Shown in pieces: positions 14,918 through 27,089 of a stretch of DNA of 64,000 nt. The notes under the pieces were generated by a model. It ran no database searches, had not been told where the DNA came from, and saw nothing but the letters and a program-made list of their open reading frames with translations. A program made the position numbers and the translations under genes. How positions within the stretch are numbered: the first letter of the stretch is position 1; every line of letters begins with the position of its first letter. Source of the DNA: Eledone cirrhosa (taxonomy: Eukaryota); contig OZ024749.1 of the NCBI GenBank assembly GCA_964016885.1, positions 33,294,001 through 33,358,000 on the forward strand, read 5' to 3'.

Positions 14918-15024
14918 TCCATAACTTCTAGTAGAGCCGTTCGGGGGCCGTAGTATAATATAGTGCTTTGGGCATTTGTTTTTAAAACCCATGGTCATTT
15001 GTGATTGAAGAGGATCTTTGCTTT

Positions 15025-15029
<5 letters not shown>
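14756..15029. repeat. Tandem duplication of a ~120-bp unit separated by (TA)n
   Basis: AATCCATAACTTCTAGTAGAGCCGTTCG...CTTTGCTTTGTAC occurs twice identically. Confidence 0.9.
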
Positions 15030-15061
<32 letters not shown>

Positions 15062-15065
<4 letters not shown>

Positions 15066-15212
15066 ATAATAATAAAATTGAAGACTAAAATCCAAAGAGG
15101 GCTCGATAAGGAAAATATATATCAAATATATAAGAACCGAAGAGCAAATATTTATTAATATAACAGATTAAAGTTTAAGCAAAGAATCGCTGCTTTCACC
15201 CTTAACGGGATA
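15062..15212 (-). mobile_element. Family C element (HHR 3' part plus tail)
   Basis: Homologous to 26735-26894 and 38243-38402 (CCCGTTAAGGGTGAAAGCAGCGATTCTTTGCTTAAACT...ATCGAGCCCTCT). Confidence 0.8.
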
Positions 15213-15556
15213 TTGAACTTATTTTGCAAGATTTCTTATCTGAAAACGTGTGTTGAAACAGATATTGTTATATTTTGGGAGGGTCATGCTGTCAATAAAA
15301 ACACACGTACTTGTTGGTTTTCACTTCAATTTATTATAGCACACAAAAACAAGATGGTGTAGGACAGAACAAACGGGAGAGACAAAATAAAAACCTCGTT
15401 ACTGAGGAGGTCACAGAATGTGTGACGAAAGAGATTTGACAATATATAAACAACCATCTGGTTTCGAACCAACCGACCGGAAATTTATAATAAATTGAAG
15501 TGTAAAGCGACAGGTGCATGTGTTTTTATTGGCAGCATGACCCTCCCAAAGTATAG

Positions 15557-15561
<5 letters not shown>
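15213..15561. mobile_element. Family D element with ~75-bp inverted arms and a degenerate HHR (15398-15440, +)
   Basis: Arms ~15263-15338 and ~15486-15561 are reverse complements; GTTA-CTGAGGA-G-GTCACA/TGTGAC-GAAA-GAGATT-TGAC; homologous to 61461-61740. Confidence 0.75.
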
Positions 15562-15602
<41 letters not shown>

Positions 15603-15934
15603 AATACAGTGTGTAACCGAGAATGCAGCCAGTGCAGAATTTGTGACAAATGAGGCCCTGTGCTAGTTAAGTTATAAGACCTCTTACTTAGGTCCTGAAG
15701 GAGGTAGGCTCAGTAGGCCTCCACAAGAAGATGGAGCCCCTGAGCAGAATGGTAAATCTGCACTGACTGCAGCAATGTATTTACTATATATATATAATTT
15801 TGGATGGGCTCCAGATGGGTATCGGGAGGTGACCACAGTTTAAAAAGATACTCAATACATTGGTACAGTATAGAAATGACTTCATAGAAATGAAAGATTT
15901 CTGGTACTGTCAAAGTCGTTTTCACTTAAAATAA

Positions 15935-16312
15935 ATAGAGCGTCGGACGACATACTTTGCAGAATATAGTTACGGCACTTTACGCTCTGAGTTCAAATCC
16001 CAATGAAGTTAGCTTTGCCTTTCATCCTTAAAGGGTCGATAAAATAAAGTACCAGTAATCGACTTTCCTCTTCCCTACAAATTGCTGGCCTTGTACCGAA
16101 AGTAGAAACAGTTATTATTCAGACATTATGCTTTGTAGCATAGAGTTATGGCCCTTTACGCTCTGCATTTAAATCCCGCCGAGGTTAGCTTTGTCTTTTG
16201 ACCCTATGGGGGGTCGATAAAATAAAGTACCTGTAATGCACTGGAGTCGATTTAATCGACTTTCTCCTCTCCCCAAATTGCTGTCCTTGTACCGAAAGTA
16301 AAAGCAATTATT
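15935..16312 (+). mobile_element. Two adjacent 5'-truncated family 1 SINE copies
   Basis: B-box, core (GGGTCGATAAAATAAAGTACC) and tail (TTGCTGGCCTTGTACCGAAAGTAGAAAC) occur twice. Confidence 0.75.
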
Positions 16313-16819
16313 AAGAAAAAATGGCAGATAGTGTTGACACGCAATTGCTTGGAAATGTACTTTAAATACATTTTGGTAGCATAGCTAAGGGTTCCCACTG
16401 CCTGCGGCCGCACTTTTGGCACCCTACCTTAACTGACAGGCGTGTTAATCTAGAGGAAAAGTTTGCACCTAATCACACCTGCACCCGAGAAAAGGCTGAA
16501 TGGGTTTTCTGCAAATACCCCTCTCCCATTTCTTGTTTACGTCTCTCAGAATTGAAAGTGGAATGGTTGAGGGGGGCAGGGGTGAAATATGGGTGGTATG
16601 GGAATATGGTAGGAGGCGAAGAATTTTGGCTGTATGAATAGGGGAAAGTATGATAGGTTTGTTACCTCGGTATTTGTTTCGACTCACTGTGATTTGGGGT
16701 TCAAATTCCGCCAAGGCCAACTTTGCGTTTGATTGCGAGGTCGATAAATAAAATATCAATCCAGCTCTGATTTTCATTCCAGCTGTGCAGCACTCAGCAA
16801 CAAACCTATTTATCTTATC

Positions 16820-16891
<72 letters not shown>

Positions 16892-17844
16892 TACATACAC
16901 CCTTACATACACATGTTCTGAGAATTGTCATCCCTTGATCTTTTTCTCATACATGGGTGGCACAAGCATCACTTTTTAGCCCTACCAATGACTTAGATTC
17001 TTTTCTGCATATGCTGCAGGGAAAGAAATAAGGAAAGGCCATGCTTACACAACACACCTGAAAGTTATTTAGATCAAGTTATGTTTTAATGCTTGAAGCT
17101 TTTTTATATATGTGTGTGTATATCAACGGGAGAGATGACCCCTTAGCCTTTGTCTGGGAGAGATGACCCCTTAGCCTTTGTCAAGGCAGAATTCTAGGAG
17201 AAGGAAAACTTTGATATAACACCTGCAACCCTGATGGTATCCAATGATGTTGACTTGTTCTTCTTTTTGGTAAATATCATCTTGGTTAAGAGAGTGGGAC
17301 TGGCTTTGTGCAGTGCCTTTGCTCACTATAAAAGCTTCACAGCACAGGCATTGCTTTATATCTGGAGATCTCTCTGCACTTGTCATCACATGGTACCATG
17401 GGTCCAGCACTATGTGTCAATAATTGTCACACGTGTAGTGTTTGTACCAGAGTTTTCAAGTCGCTGGCTGGACTAAAAAGTCACACTCGTTCAGCGCATC
17501 GGTAGGGGTTCTCCTACATGGATATAAAGTAGTGGCCGTACTCGAAAACGAGTTGGCAGCCACCATATCAACGTATATGTATGTGTGTGAATCGATCTAT
17601 ATGTGGATAAAGGAAAAAAAAACAATATACAATAGAAAATAGTAACCTTTATTAAACATGAAAGCCGAACTCTCACTGTCATCGCCTCCATCTCTCTCGC
17701 CCTCCCCATCTTTCCGTATGGTGAGCAAATGGAGTCCCACGTGCTGGCTTCCCCACAGCCCTGGCGGACAGAATAGAGACGGTGTTTCCCCGAAGGATGG
17801 AGCCATTCCGACTCGCGAGGCTCACACCTGCGTCTGGCCAGCGG

Positions 17845-18116
17845 TTCCAAGCCGAAGGGTCATCAGGCCGGTGCTTATCTCCGGTTTTCTTGGCATTAAG
17901 CGGCTGAGAGTACATGACTGTCCCTGGATAGGACGCCGGTCTATCGCAAGATTAACTTCCCAGCTACTGTTGGCACTCACTCTCAGCTGAGTACACTGGA
18001 GCAATGTGAAATAAAGTGTCTTGCTCAAGAACACAACACCGCAGCCTGTCCAGGAATTGAACCGATAATATTACGATTGTACGGCAAACATCCTAACCGT
18101 TAGGCCATGTGCCTTC
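17845..18116 (-). mobile_element. tRNA-headed SINE, family 2 (CORE-like central domain)
   Basis: Minus strand: tRNA-like head, GTGTTCTTGAGCAAGACACTTTATTTCACATTGCTCCAGT core, CTTGCGATAGACCGGCGTCCTATCCAGGG; homologous to 35915-36186. Confidence 0.75.
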
Positions 18117-18121
18117 ATATA

Positions 18122-19013
18122 CAGGGTGTTCGGGATAAATTTGACAGTTTCATCAGGAAAAAGAAAAAGTGCTTGGTATCTACAAAATTTATTTGATTTA
18201 AAAGAAATTCAATGGACAAGGAAATTACACTATTGTCAAAGAGTTTTACTCAAAATAACCGCCATTAGCGTCTATTACAGCATCAATCCGGGCCCGGAAC
18301 CTGGAGCAAGCTGATTTTACACTTTCCCTGGGAAGACCCTCAAAAACTACTTTAATTCTGTCGATTAACTGGGCTTTTGTAGTACTGGCACGGCGATTGG
18401 TGTCTTTCTCTACAGCGCCCCATACATAATAGTCCATCGGGTTAAGATCAGGGGAGTTCGGAGGCCAAACATTGGGACTGGTGTAGTCGTAAAAATTGGC
18501 TGACAACCATTTTTGACCTCGGCGACGCTTGTATGAGTAGTAGCGAAGGTCTTCATTGAGTGCAATTTTCATAGTAGAGGCTGAAATATTCAATTCACGC
18601 AACAAAGACCGAATTCCGATGCCAGGGTCCTACAACACTTTTTTCTGCAGATTTTCGATGAATTCTGCTGTGCGAGAGCAATCAGATCTTCTGTTATGTT
18701 TCTTTCTTCTAGCCACAGCCTCGTAGTCTCCATTGCAATTCTCCAGTTCATGCCGGATTGTTTTTACAGTGTTCAGGGAGCATTGAGCAGCGACCATAAT
18801 CTCCTTATTTTGATGGCCGGCGCGAATCATCATGATACAAGTTATTCTCTTCCATGATTCAGGTGGCTCCCAGTCATCCATTCTCGTTGTCATCACATAT
18901 GTGAATGAAGGAGGGTTTAAACTTTCAAATAAAGCCTAGTGGGCATGAATGAATTTAAAACATCTGAAAAAACAACCAAATATTATTCTGTCAAATTTAT
19001 CCCGAACACCCTG
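18122..19013 (-). mobile_element. Internally deleted Tc1/mariner-superfamily transposon, maT/DD37D-like, non-autonomous
   Basis: Perfect 26-bp TIRs CAGGGTGTTCGGGATAAATTTGACAG; TA target duplication; HTH region at 18630-18896 followed by an in-frame stop; C-terminus WPPNSPDLNPMDYYVW...GGYFE; first two catalytic Asp regions missing. Confidence 0.92.
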
Positions 19014-19494
19014 TATGTGTATGTATCTACCTGTGTATATGTGTGCGTATTTATCTATATGTGTATATATGTATGAATTTATGTATGCGTGTATCGATCT
19101 ATATGTGTTTGTGTATCCTTCTATATGTGGATGTATGTATATCTATCTATATGGGTATATCTACCTGTATGTATCTATCTATATGTGAATGTATGTGTGT
19201 GTCTATCTATCTATATATGTATGTTTGTACCCATGTATCTATATATGTGTATGCTTGTTCCTATGTATGTGTGTGAGTGTGTATGTGTATATCTATCTGT
19301 GTGACTGTATCTGTGTATATCTACCTGTGTGTATTTATCTATATGTGTATATATGTATGAATTTATGTATGTGTATCCTGCTATATGTGCATGTATGTAT
19401 GTATATCTATCTATATGGGTATATCTACCTGTATGTATGTATCTATCTATATGTGTATGTATGTGTGTATCTATCTATATATGTATGTATACGT

Positions 19495-22400
19495 GTATGT
19501 TTGTTCCCATGTATGTATATGTGTGTGTTTGTTCCCATGTATGTATACGTGTGTGTTTGTTCCCATGTATGTATATGTGTGTGTTTGTTCCCATGTATGT
19601 ATATGTGTGTGTTTGTTCCCATGTATGTATATGTGTGAGTTTGTTCCCATGTATGAATATGTTCGTTTGTTCCCATGTATGTATATGTGTGAGTTTGTTC
19701 CCATGTATGTATATGTGTGTGTTTGTTCCCATGTATGAATATATGTGTGTTTGTTCCCATGTATGTATATGTGTGTGTTTGTTCCCATGTATGAATATGT
19801 GTGTGTTTGTTCCCATGTATGTATATGTGTGTGTTTGTTCCCATGTATGTATATGTGTGTGTTTGTTCCCATGTATGTATATGTGTGTGTTTGTTCCCAT
19901 GTATGTATATGTGTGTGTTTGTTCCCATGTATGTATATGTGTGTGTTTGTTCCCGTGTATGTATATGTGTGTATTTTTTCCCATGTATGAATACGTGTGT
20001 GTTTGTTCCCATGTATGTATACGTGTGAGTTTGTTCCCATGTATGTATATGTGTGTGTTTGTTCCCATGTATGTATATGTGTGTGTTTGTTCCCGTGTAT
20101 GTATATGTGTGAGTTTGTTCCCATGTATGTATATGTGTGAGTTTGTTCCCATGTATGTATATGTGTGTGTTTGTTCCCATGTATGTATATGTGTGAGTTT
20201 GTTCCCATGTATGTATATGTGTGTGTTTGTTCCCATGTATGTATATGTGTGTGTTTGTTCCCATGTATGTATGTGTGTGTGTTTGTTCCCATGTATGAAT
20301 ATGTGTGTGTTTGTTCCCATGTATGTATATGTGTGTGTTTGTTCCCATGTATGTATATGTGTGTGTTTGTTCCCATGTATGTATATGTGTGTGTTTGTTC
20401 CCGTGTATGTATATGTGTGTATTTTTTCCCATGTATGAATACGTGTGTGTTTGTTCCCATGTATGTATACGTGTGAGTTTGTTCCCATGTATGTATATGT
20501 GTGTGTTTGTTCCCATGTATGTATATGTGTGTGTTTGTTCCCGTGTATGTATATGTGTGAGTTTGTTCCCATGTATGTATATGTGTGAGTTTGTTCCCAT
20601 GTATGTATATGTGTGTGTTTGTTCCCATGTATGTATATGTGTGAGTTTGTTCCCATGTATGTATATGTGTGTGTTTGTTCCCATGTATGTATATGTGTGT
20701 GTTTGTTCCCATGTATGTATGTGTGTGTGTTTGTTCCCATGTATGAATATGTGTGTGTTTGTTCCCATGTATGTATATGTGTGTGTTTGTTCCCATGTAT
20801 GTATATGTGTGTGTTTGTTCCCATGTATGTATATGTGTGTGTTTGTTCCCATGTATGTATACGTGTGAGTTTGTTCCCATGTATGTATATGTGTGTGTTT
20901 GTTCCCATGTATGTATACGTGTGTGTTTGTTCCCATGTATGTATATGTGTGTGTTTGTTCCCATGTATGTATATGTGTGTGTTTGTTCCCATGTATGTAT
21001 ACGTGTGTGTTTGTTCCCATGTATGTATATGTGTGTGTTTGTTCCCATGTATGTATATGTGTGTGTTTGTTCCCATGTATGAATATGTGTGTTTGTTCCC
21101 ATGTATGTATATGTGTGTGTTTGTTCCCATGTATGTATATGTGTGTGTTTGTTCCCATGTATGTATATGTGTGTGTTTGTTCCCATGTATGTATGTGTGT
21201 GTGTTTGTTCCCATGTATGTATATGTGTGTGTTTGTTCCCATGTATGTATATGTGTGTATTTGTTCCCATGTATGTATATGTGTGTGTTTGTTCCCATGT
21301 ATGTATATGTGTGTGTTTGTTCCCATGTATGTATATGTGTGTGTTTGTTCCCATGTATGTATATGTGTGTGTTTGTTCCCATGTATGTATATGTGTGTGT
21401 TTGTTCCCATGTATGTATATGTGTGTGTTTGTTCCCATGTATGTATATATGTGTGTTTGTTCCCATGTATGTATATGTGTGTGTTTGTTCCCATGTATGT
21501 ATATGTGTGTGTTTGTTCCCATGTATGAATATGTGTGAGTTTGTTCCCATGTATGTATATGTGTGTGTTTGTTCCCATGTATGTATATGTGTGTGTTTGT
21601 TCCCATGTATGTATATGTGTGTGTTTTTCCCATGTATGAATACGTGTGTGTTTGTTCCCATGTATGTATATGTGTGTGTTTGTTCCCATGTATGAATATG
21701 TGTGTTTGTTCCCATCTATGAATATGTGTGTGTTTGTTCCCATGTATGTATATGTGTGTGTTTGTTCCCATGTATGTATATGTGTGTGTTTGTTCCCATG
21801 TATGAATATGTGAGTGTTTGTTCCCATGTATGTATATGTGTGTGTTTGTTCCCATGTATGTATATGTGTGTGTTTGTTCCCATGTATGAATATGTGTGTT
21901 TGTTCCCATGTATGAATATGTGTGAGTTTGTTCCCATGTATGTATATGTGTGTGTTTGTTCCCATGTATGTATATGTGTGTGTTTTTCCCATGTATGAAT
22001 ACGTGTGTGTTTGTTCCCATGTATGTATATGTGTGTGTTTGTTCCCATGTATGAATATGTGTGTTTGTTCCCATGTATGTATATGTGTGTGTTTGTTCCC
22101 ATGTATGTATATGTGTGTGTTTGTTCCCATGTATCTATATGTGTGAGTTTGTTCCTATGTATGTATATGTGTGTGTTTGTTCCCATGTATGTATATGTGT
22201 GTGTTTGTTCCATGTATGTATATGTGTGTGTTTGTTCCCATGTATGTATATATGTGTGTTTGTTCCCATGTATGAATATATGTGTGTTTGTTCCCATGTA
22301 TGTATATGTGTGTGTTTGTTCCCATGTATGAATATATGTGTGTTTGTTCCCATGTATGTATATGTGTGTGTTTGTTCCCATGTATGAATATATGTGTGTT

Positions 22401-23772
22401 TGTTCCCATGTATGTATATGTGTGTGTTTGTTCCCATGTATGTATATGTGTGTGTTTGTTCCCATGTATCTATATGTGTGTGTTTGTTCCCATGTATGTA
22501 TATGTGTGTGTTTGTTCCCATGTATGTATATGTGTGTGTTTGTTCCCATGTATGTATATGTGTGTGTTTGTTCCCATGTATGAATATATGTGTGTTTGTT
22601 CCCATGTATGTATATGTGTGTGTTTGTTCCCATGTATCTATATGTGTGTGTTTGTTCCCATGTATGTATATGTGTGTGTTTGTTCCCATGTATGTATATG
22701 TGTGTGTTTGTTCCCATGTATGAATATGTGTGTGTTTGTTCCCATCTATGAATATGTGTGTGTTTGTTCCCATGTATGTATATGTGTGAGTTTGTTCCCA
22801 TGTATGTATACGTGTGTGTTTGTTCCCATGTATGTATATGTGTGTGTTTGTTCCCATGTATGTATATGTGTGTGTTTGTTCCCATGTATGTATATGTGTG
22901 TGTTTGTTCCCATGTATGTATATGTGTGTGTTTTTCCCATGTATGAATACGTGTGTGTTTGTTCCCATGTATGTATATGTGTGTGTTTGTTCCCATGTAT
23001 GAATATGTGTGTTTGTTCCCATCTATGAATATGTGTGTGTTTGTTCCCATGTATGTATATGTGTGTGTTTGTTCCCATGTATGTATATGTGTGTGTTTGT
23101 TCCCATGTATGAATATGTGAGTGTTTGTTCCCATGTATGTATATGTGTGTGTTTGTTCCCATGTATGTATATGTGTGTGTTTGTTCCCATGTATGAATAT
23201 GTGTGTTTGTTCCCATGTATGAATATGTGTGAGTTTGTTCCCATGTATGTATATGTGTGTGTTTGTTCCCATGTATGTATATGTGTGTGTTTTTCCCATG
23301 TATGAATACGTGTGTGTTTGTTCCCATGTATGTATATGTGTGTGTTTGTTCCCATGTATGAATATGTGTGTTTGTTCCCATGTATGTATATGTGTGTGTT
23401 TGTTCCCATGTATGTATATGTGTGTGTTTGTTCCCATGTATCTATATGTGTGAGTTTGTTCCTATGTATGTATATGTGTGTGTTTGTTCCCATGTATGTA
23501 TATGTGTGTGTTTGTTCCATGTATGTATATGTGTGTGTTTGTTCCCATGTATGTATATATGTGTGTTTGTTCCCATGTATGAATATATGTGTGTTTGTTC
23601 CCATGTATGTATATGTGTGTGTTTGTTCCCATGTATGAATATATGTGTGTTTGTTCCCATGTATGTATATGTGTGTGTTTGTTCCCATGTATGAATATAT
23701 GTGTGTTTGTTCCCATGTATGTATATGTGTGTGTTTGTTCCCATGTATGTATATGTGTGTGTTTGTTCCCAT
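19495..23772. repeat. 28-bp satellite array (TTGTTCCCATGTATGTATATGTGTGTGT), ~150 units
   Basis: Direct reading; variant patterns recur at 448-bp and 1307-bp offsets. Confidence 0.97.
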
Positions 23773-23784
23773 GTATATATATAT

Positions 23785-23795
23785 ATACACAACGA

Positions 23796-23828
<33 letters not shown>

Positions 23829-23835
23829 GCAACCC

Positions 23836-23867
<32 letters not shown>

Positions 23868-24033
23868 CAACCATGTGTGTATATATATATATATATGCGA
23901 CCATGTGTGTGTGTGTGTATATATGCAACCATGTGTGAGTGTATATATATGCAACAATGTGTGTGTGTGTGTATATATATATACATATGCAACCATGTGT
24001 GTGTGTGTATATATATATATACATATGCAACCA

Positions 24034-24101
<68 letters not shown>

Positions 24102-24103
24102 AC

Positions 24104-24134
<31 letters not shown>

Positions 24135-24370
24135 GCAACGATGTGTATATATATATATATATATATATGCAACCATATGTGTGTGTGTATACATGCAACC
24201 ATGTGTGTGTGTATATATATGCAACCATGTGTGTGTGTATATATATATATATATGCAACCATGTGTGTGTGTATATATATATATATATCTATATATATAT
24301 GCAACCATGTGTGTGTGTATATATATATATATCTATATATATATGCAACGATGTGTGTGTGTGTGTGTGT
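23785..24370. repeat. Variable-length minisatellite (TA)n-GCAACC-AT(GT)n
   Basis: GCAACC/GCAACG anchor repeated between dinucleotide runs. Confidence 0.85.
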
Positions 24371-24389
24371 GTATACATATATATGTATA

Positions 24390-24697
24390 TATCACCATGT
24401 GGTGAACACCATCAATGTTTTCATCTGTGGTGGCAGAGTTGCTGGACATCCAGGCCTTGGGTCATCTTCAAGAATCTCACTTCCCCACATAAATTCAACT
24501 GCCCACTTTTGCACAGGAGCATCATCCCCTAATGTAGCAACCATGTCAGCATAAATGTCCTTGAGGACTGAACCCGTCCTTGAGGACTGAACCCTTTTTT
24601 CTGCGGGTACTTGATAACACCACGATGCTAAATTTTGTCTATTTTCAAGAGAAGTCGCTACTATTTACTTTTGAAGCCTTCAGATGTCACTTTAGCT
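24390..24697 (-). pseudogene. Mariner transposase N-terminal relic
   Basis: Minus-strand translation fragments [53 protein letters not shown], with stop and frameshifts; DNA similarity to 33372-33450. Confidence 0.8.
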
Positions 24698-25141
24698 CAG
24701 AGGTTCTCAAAGTGGGCATTACCTACCGCCACCAGGGGGCGCTGGGTAACTATATATAAATATAGTAAAATAAAAAAATTATATAATGTTTATTTATACA
24801 TAGTATATATTGGTGGATTGGCAGTATCGGTAGAGGGTCGGACGCCATGCTTTGCAGCGAGGAGTTGCGGCCCTTTGTGGTCTGAGTTCAAATCCCGCCG
24901 AGGTTAACTTTGCCTTTCATTCTTACGGGGTCGATAAAATAAAGTACCAGTAATACACTGGGATAATTGCTGGCCTTGTGCCAAAAGTAGAAACAATTAT
25001 ATATAAATTAACGATTTTATTTATTATATATAATTTACAATTTACATGTAGGTAGGTCTCTTTGGAAATAGGGTTAGGGGGCGCTGGGTGTATTACGTGG
25101 CCGTGAGGGGGGAGGCGACCCCAAATATGTCAGCACCTCTG
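24698..25141. mobile_element. hAT (Charlie-like) MITE containing a SINE
   Basis: Ends CAGAGGTTCTCAAA...CAGCACCTCTG; flanks CTTTAGCT / GTTTAGCT (7/8 match, 8-bp TSD); internal GGGGGCGCTGGG repeats. Confidence 0.65.
24812..25000 (+). mobile_element. Family 1 SINE, full length
   Basis: A-box, B-box, core and tail as at 4038. Confidence 0.88.
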
Positions 25142-25406
25142 GTTTAGCTTGTAAGAAACAATGCAGTTATTAACAAGAAGAGTTGAGATTAATACATGGA
25201 AGATCTCACATGATATAATCAAACATTTTCAACACACTAATTTTACATATTTGAGACAGAACTGTGTTTGTATTTAGTATGCAGAGAGCGTCCCTGAGGT
25301 ATTTACATTCAGCCATGTTGTTAGATGTATATAAAAAATATGAAGGGTTTCTTAAGTTGCATGTGGATTGGGTTTAGGCAGCCTACTCCTTCTCCTCCTG
25401 TAATAA

Positions 25407-25441
<35 letters not shown>

Positions 25442-25749
25442 CTTGCAGTAGTAGTACTTGTAGTAGTAGTAGTAGATGAAATATATTTAGTGACTGTTTA
25501 TCATTGCTAACCATCAAACCTTCTAGAAAATAATTTCTCTTCAAAAAGACACGCACACAGGCAGGCAGACACACTGAAACTCGCAAATACCTACGCATAT
25601 ACAAGCATATACACAGAGACATAGATACATGCACATACATACATTCTCACGAATCCTGTATACACCCAGTGACATACATTTCGCGTTGCAACCATTCAGG
25701 CGTATAGTGAGTGTCGTTATTTGCTTTATACAGTCGCTCAGACCATAAC

Positions 25750-25782
<33 letters not shown>

Positions 25783-25849
25783 CATACTGTGTGCGTTATT
25801 CGGAAATATCCGTATCCACACACTCACATACATACATTACATTATATAT

Positions 25850-25912
<63 letters not shown>

Positions 25913-26129
25913 CGCATACATACACACCTGTACATTCCCATACCAATCATACCTTCAAGTGAAATGGTGTCCATGGTGACTGGTTGAAAACAAGAGGTCT
26001 CTTTATATTCCTACATACATATTTACCATACCTACTCACGCCAACCTTTATATTTATATATATATATATATTATATATATATATATATATTCAGAAATAT
26101 CCATATCCATATATAAACATATGTGTATC

Positions 26130-26169
<40 letters not shown>

Positions 26170-26173
<4 letters not shown>

Positions 26174-26480
26174 GTAGGAGGTGAGTTTTATTGTAGTACA
26201 ATAAAGCAATGCAGATATCGGATAAGAAGCACTCTACAGTTTGTAGGACTGGAGTATACATAATATATAAGAACAAAAGATGGTTAAAAGAGTTCCATGT
26301 ATTTTATTATGCGCATTTCAATATGTTGATTTAAAACTGCACTATCCACAAGTGTTTTCTAACCTTCATATCATGTCTTCCTGTTTTATCTGATGAAAAC
26401 ACAAATATTATTGCATGATGATATTTGTTTTTGAAATGCGCATAATAAAATACATGGAACTTTTTTAACCATCTTTTGTT

Positions 26481-26488
<8 letters not shown>
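26170..26488. mobile_element. Inverted-arm HHR element between (TA)n tracts
   Basis: 26263-26320 is the reverse complement of ~26431-26488; tail with GTAGAGTGCTT motif on the minus strand. Confidence 0.75.
26384..26450 (+). ncRNA. Type I hammerhead ribozyme
   Basis: Stem I TTTTAT/ATAAAA; CTGATGA at 26390; stem II ACAAATATTAT/ATGATATTTGT; GAAA; palindromic stem III ATGCGCAT; AUA triplet at 26442-26444. Confidence 0.85.
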
Positions 26489-26543
<55 letters not shown>

Positions 26544-26731
26544 ATAATTGTTTCTACTTTTGGCACAAGGCCAGCAATTATCCCAGTACATTACTGGTAC
26601 TTTATTTTATCGACCCCGTAAGGATGAAAGGCAAAGTTAACCTCGGCGGGATTTGAATTCAGAATGGCAAGGACCGTAACTCTTTGCGTCAAAGCATGGC
26701 GTCCGACCCTCTACCGATACTGCCAATCCAC
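26544..26731 (-). mobile_element. Family 1 SINE
   Basis: Reverse complement of the 24812 copy. Confidence 0.88.
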
Positions 26732-26734
26732 AGT

Positions 26735-26894
26735 CATAATAATAATAAATGTGAAGAGTAAAATCTGAAGAGGGCTCGATAAGTATAATATATATATATA
26801 TATAAAAACCGTAGAGCAAATATTTATTAAAATAACAGATTAAAGTTTAAGCAAAGAATCGCTGCTTTCACCCTTAACGGGATCTTCTGAAACT
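26735..26894 (-). mobile_element. Family C element with HHR-like fold (core variant CAGAAGA)
   Basis: Minus strand AGTTT-CAGAAGA-TCCCGTTAAGGGT-GAAAGCA..TGCTT-AAACT, then tail. Confidence 0.7.
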
Positions 26895-26927
<33 letters not shown>

Positions 26928-27032
26928 TGCGAGAGACCACTAATCATGGGAGTACTCAATGCATGGGGAGATGTAGAGTGGGTATAAAGATATGTAAAGC
27001 CGAACTGCTTGACGCCGCAATCGGGATCCCTC

Positions 27033-27089
<57 letters not shown>

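Noticed and set aside
15607-15925. Possible Tc1 relic (LWSPPDTHLEPIQN resembling WPPxSPDLNPIEN)
   Set aside because: Too degenerate, and no matching second TIR found
19443-24308. Very long His/Thr/Tyr-rich and Cys/Val/Met-rich ORFs (up to 895 aa)
   Set aside because: Translations of the 28-bp satellite, open in all frames; no evidence of coding function
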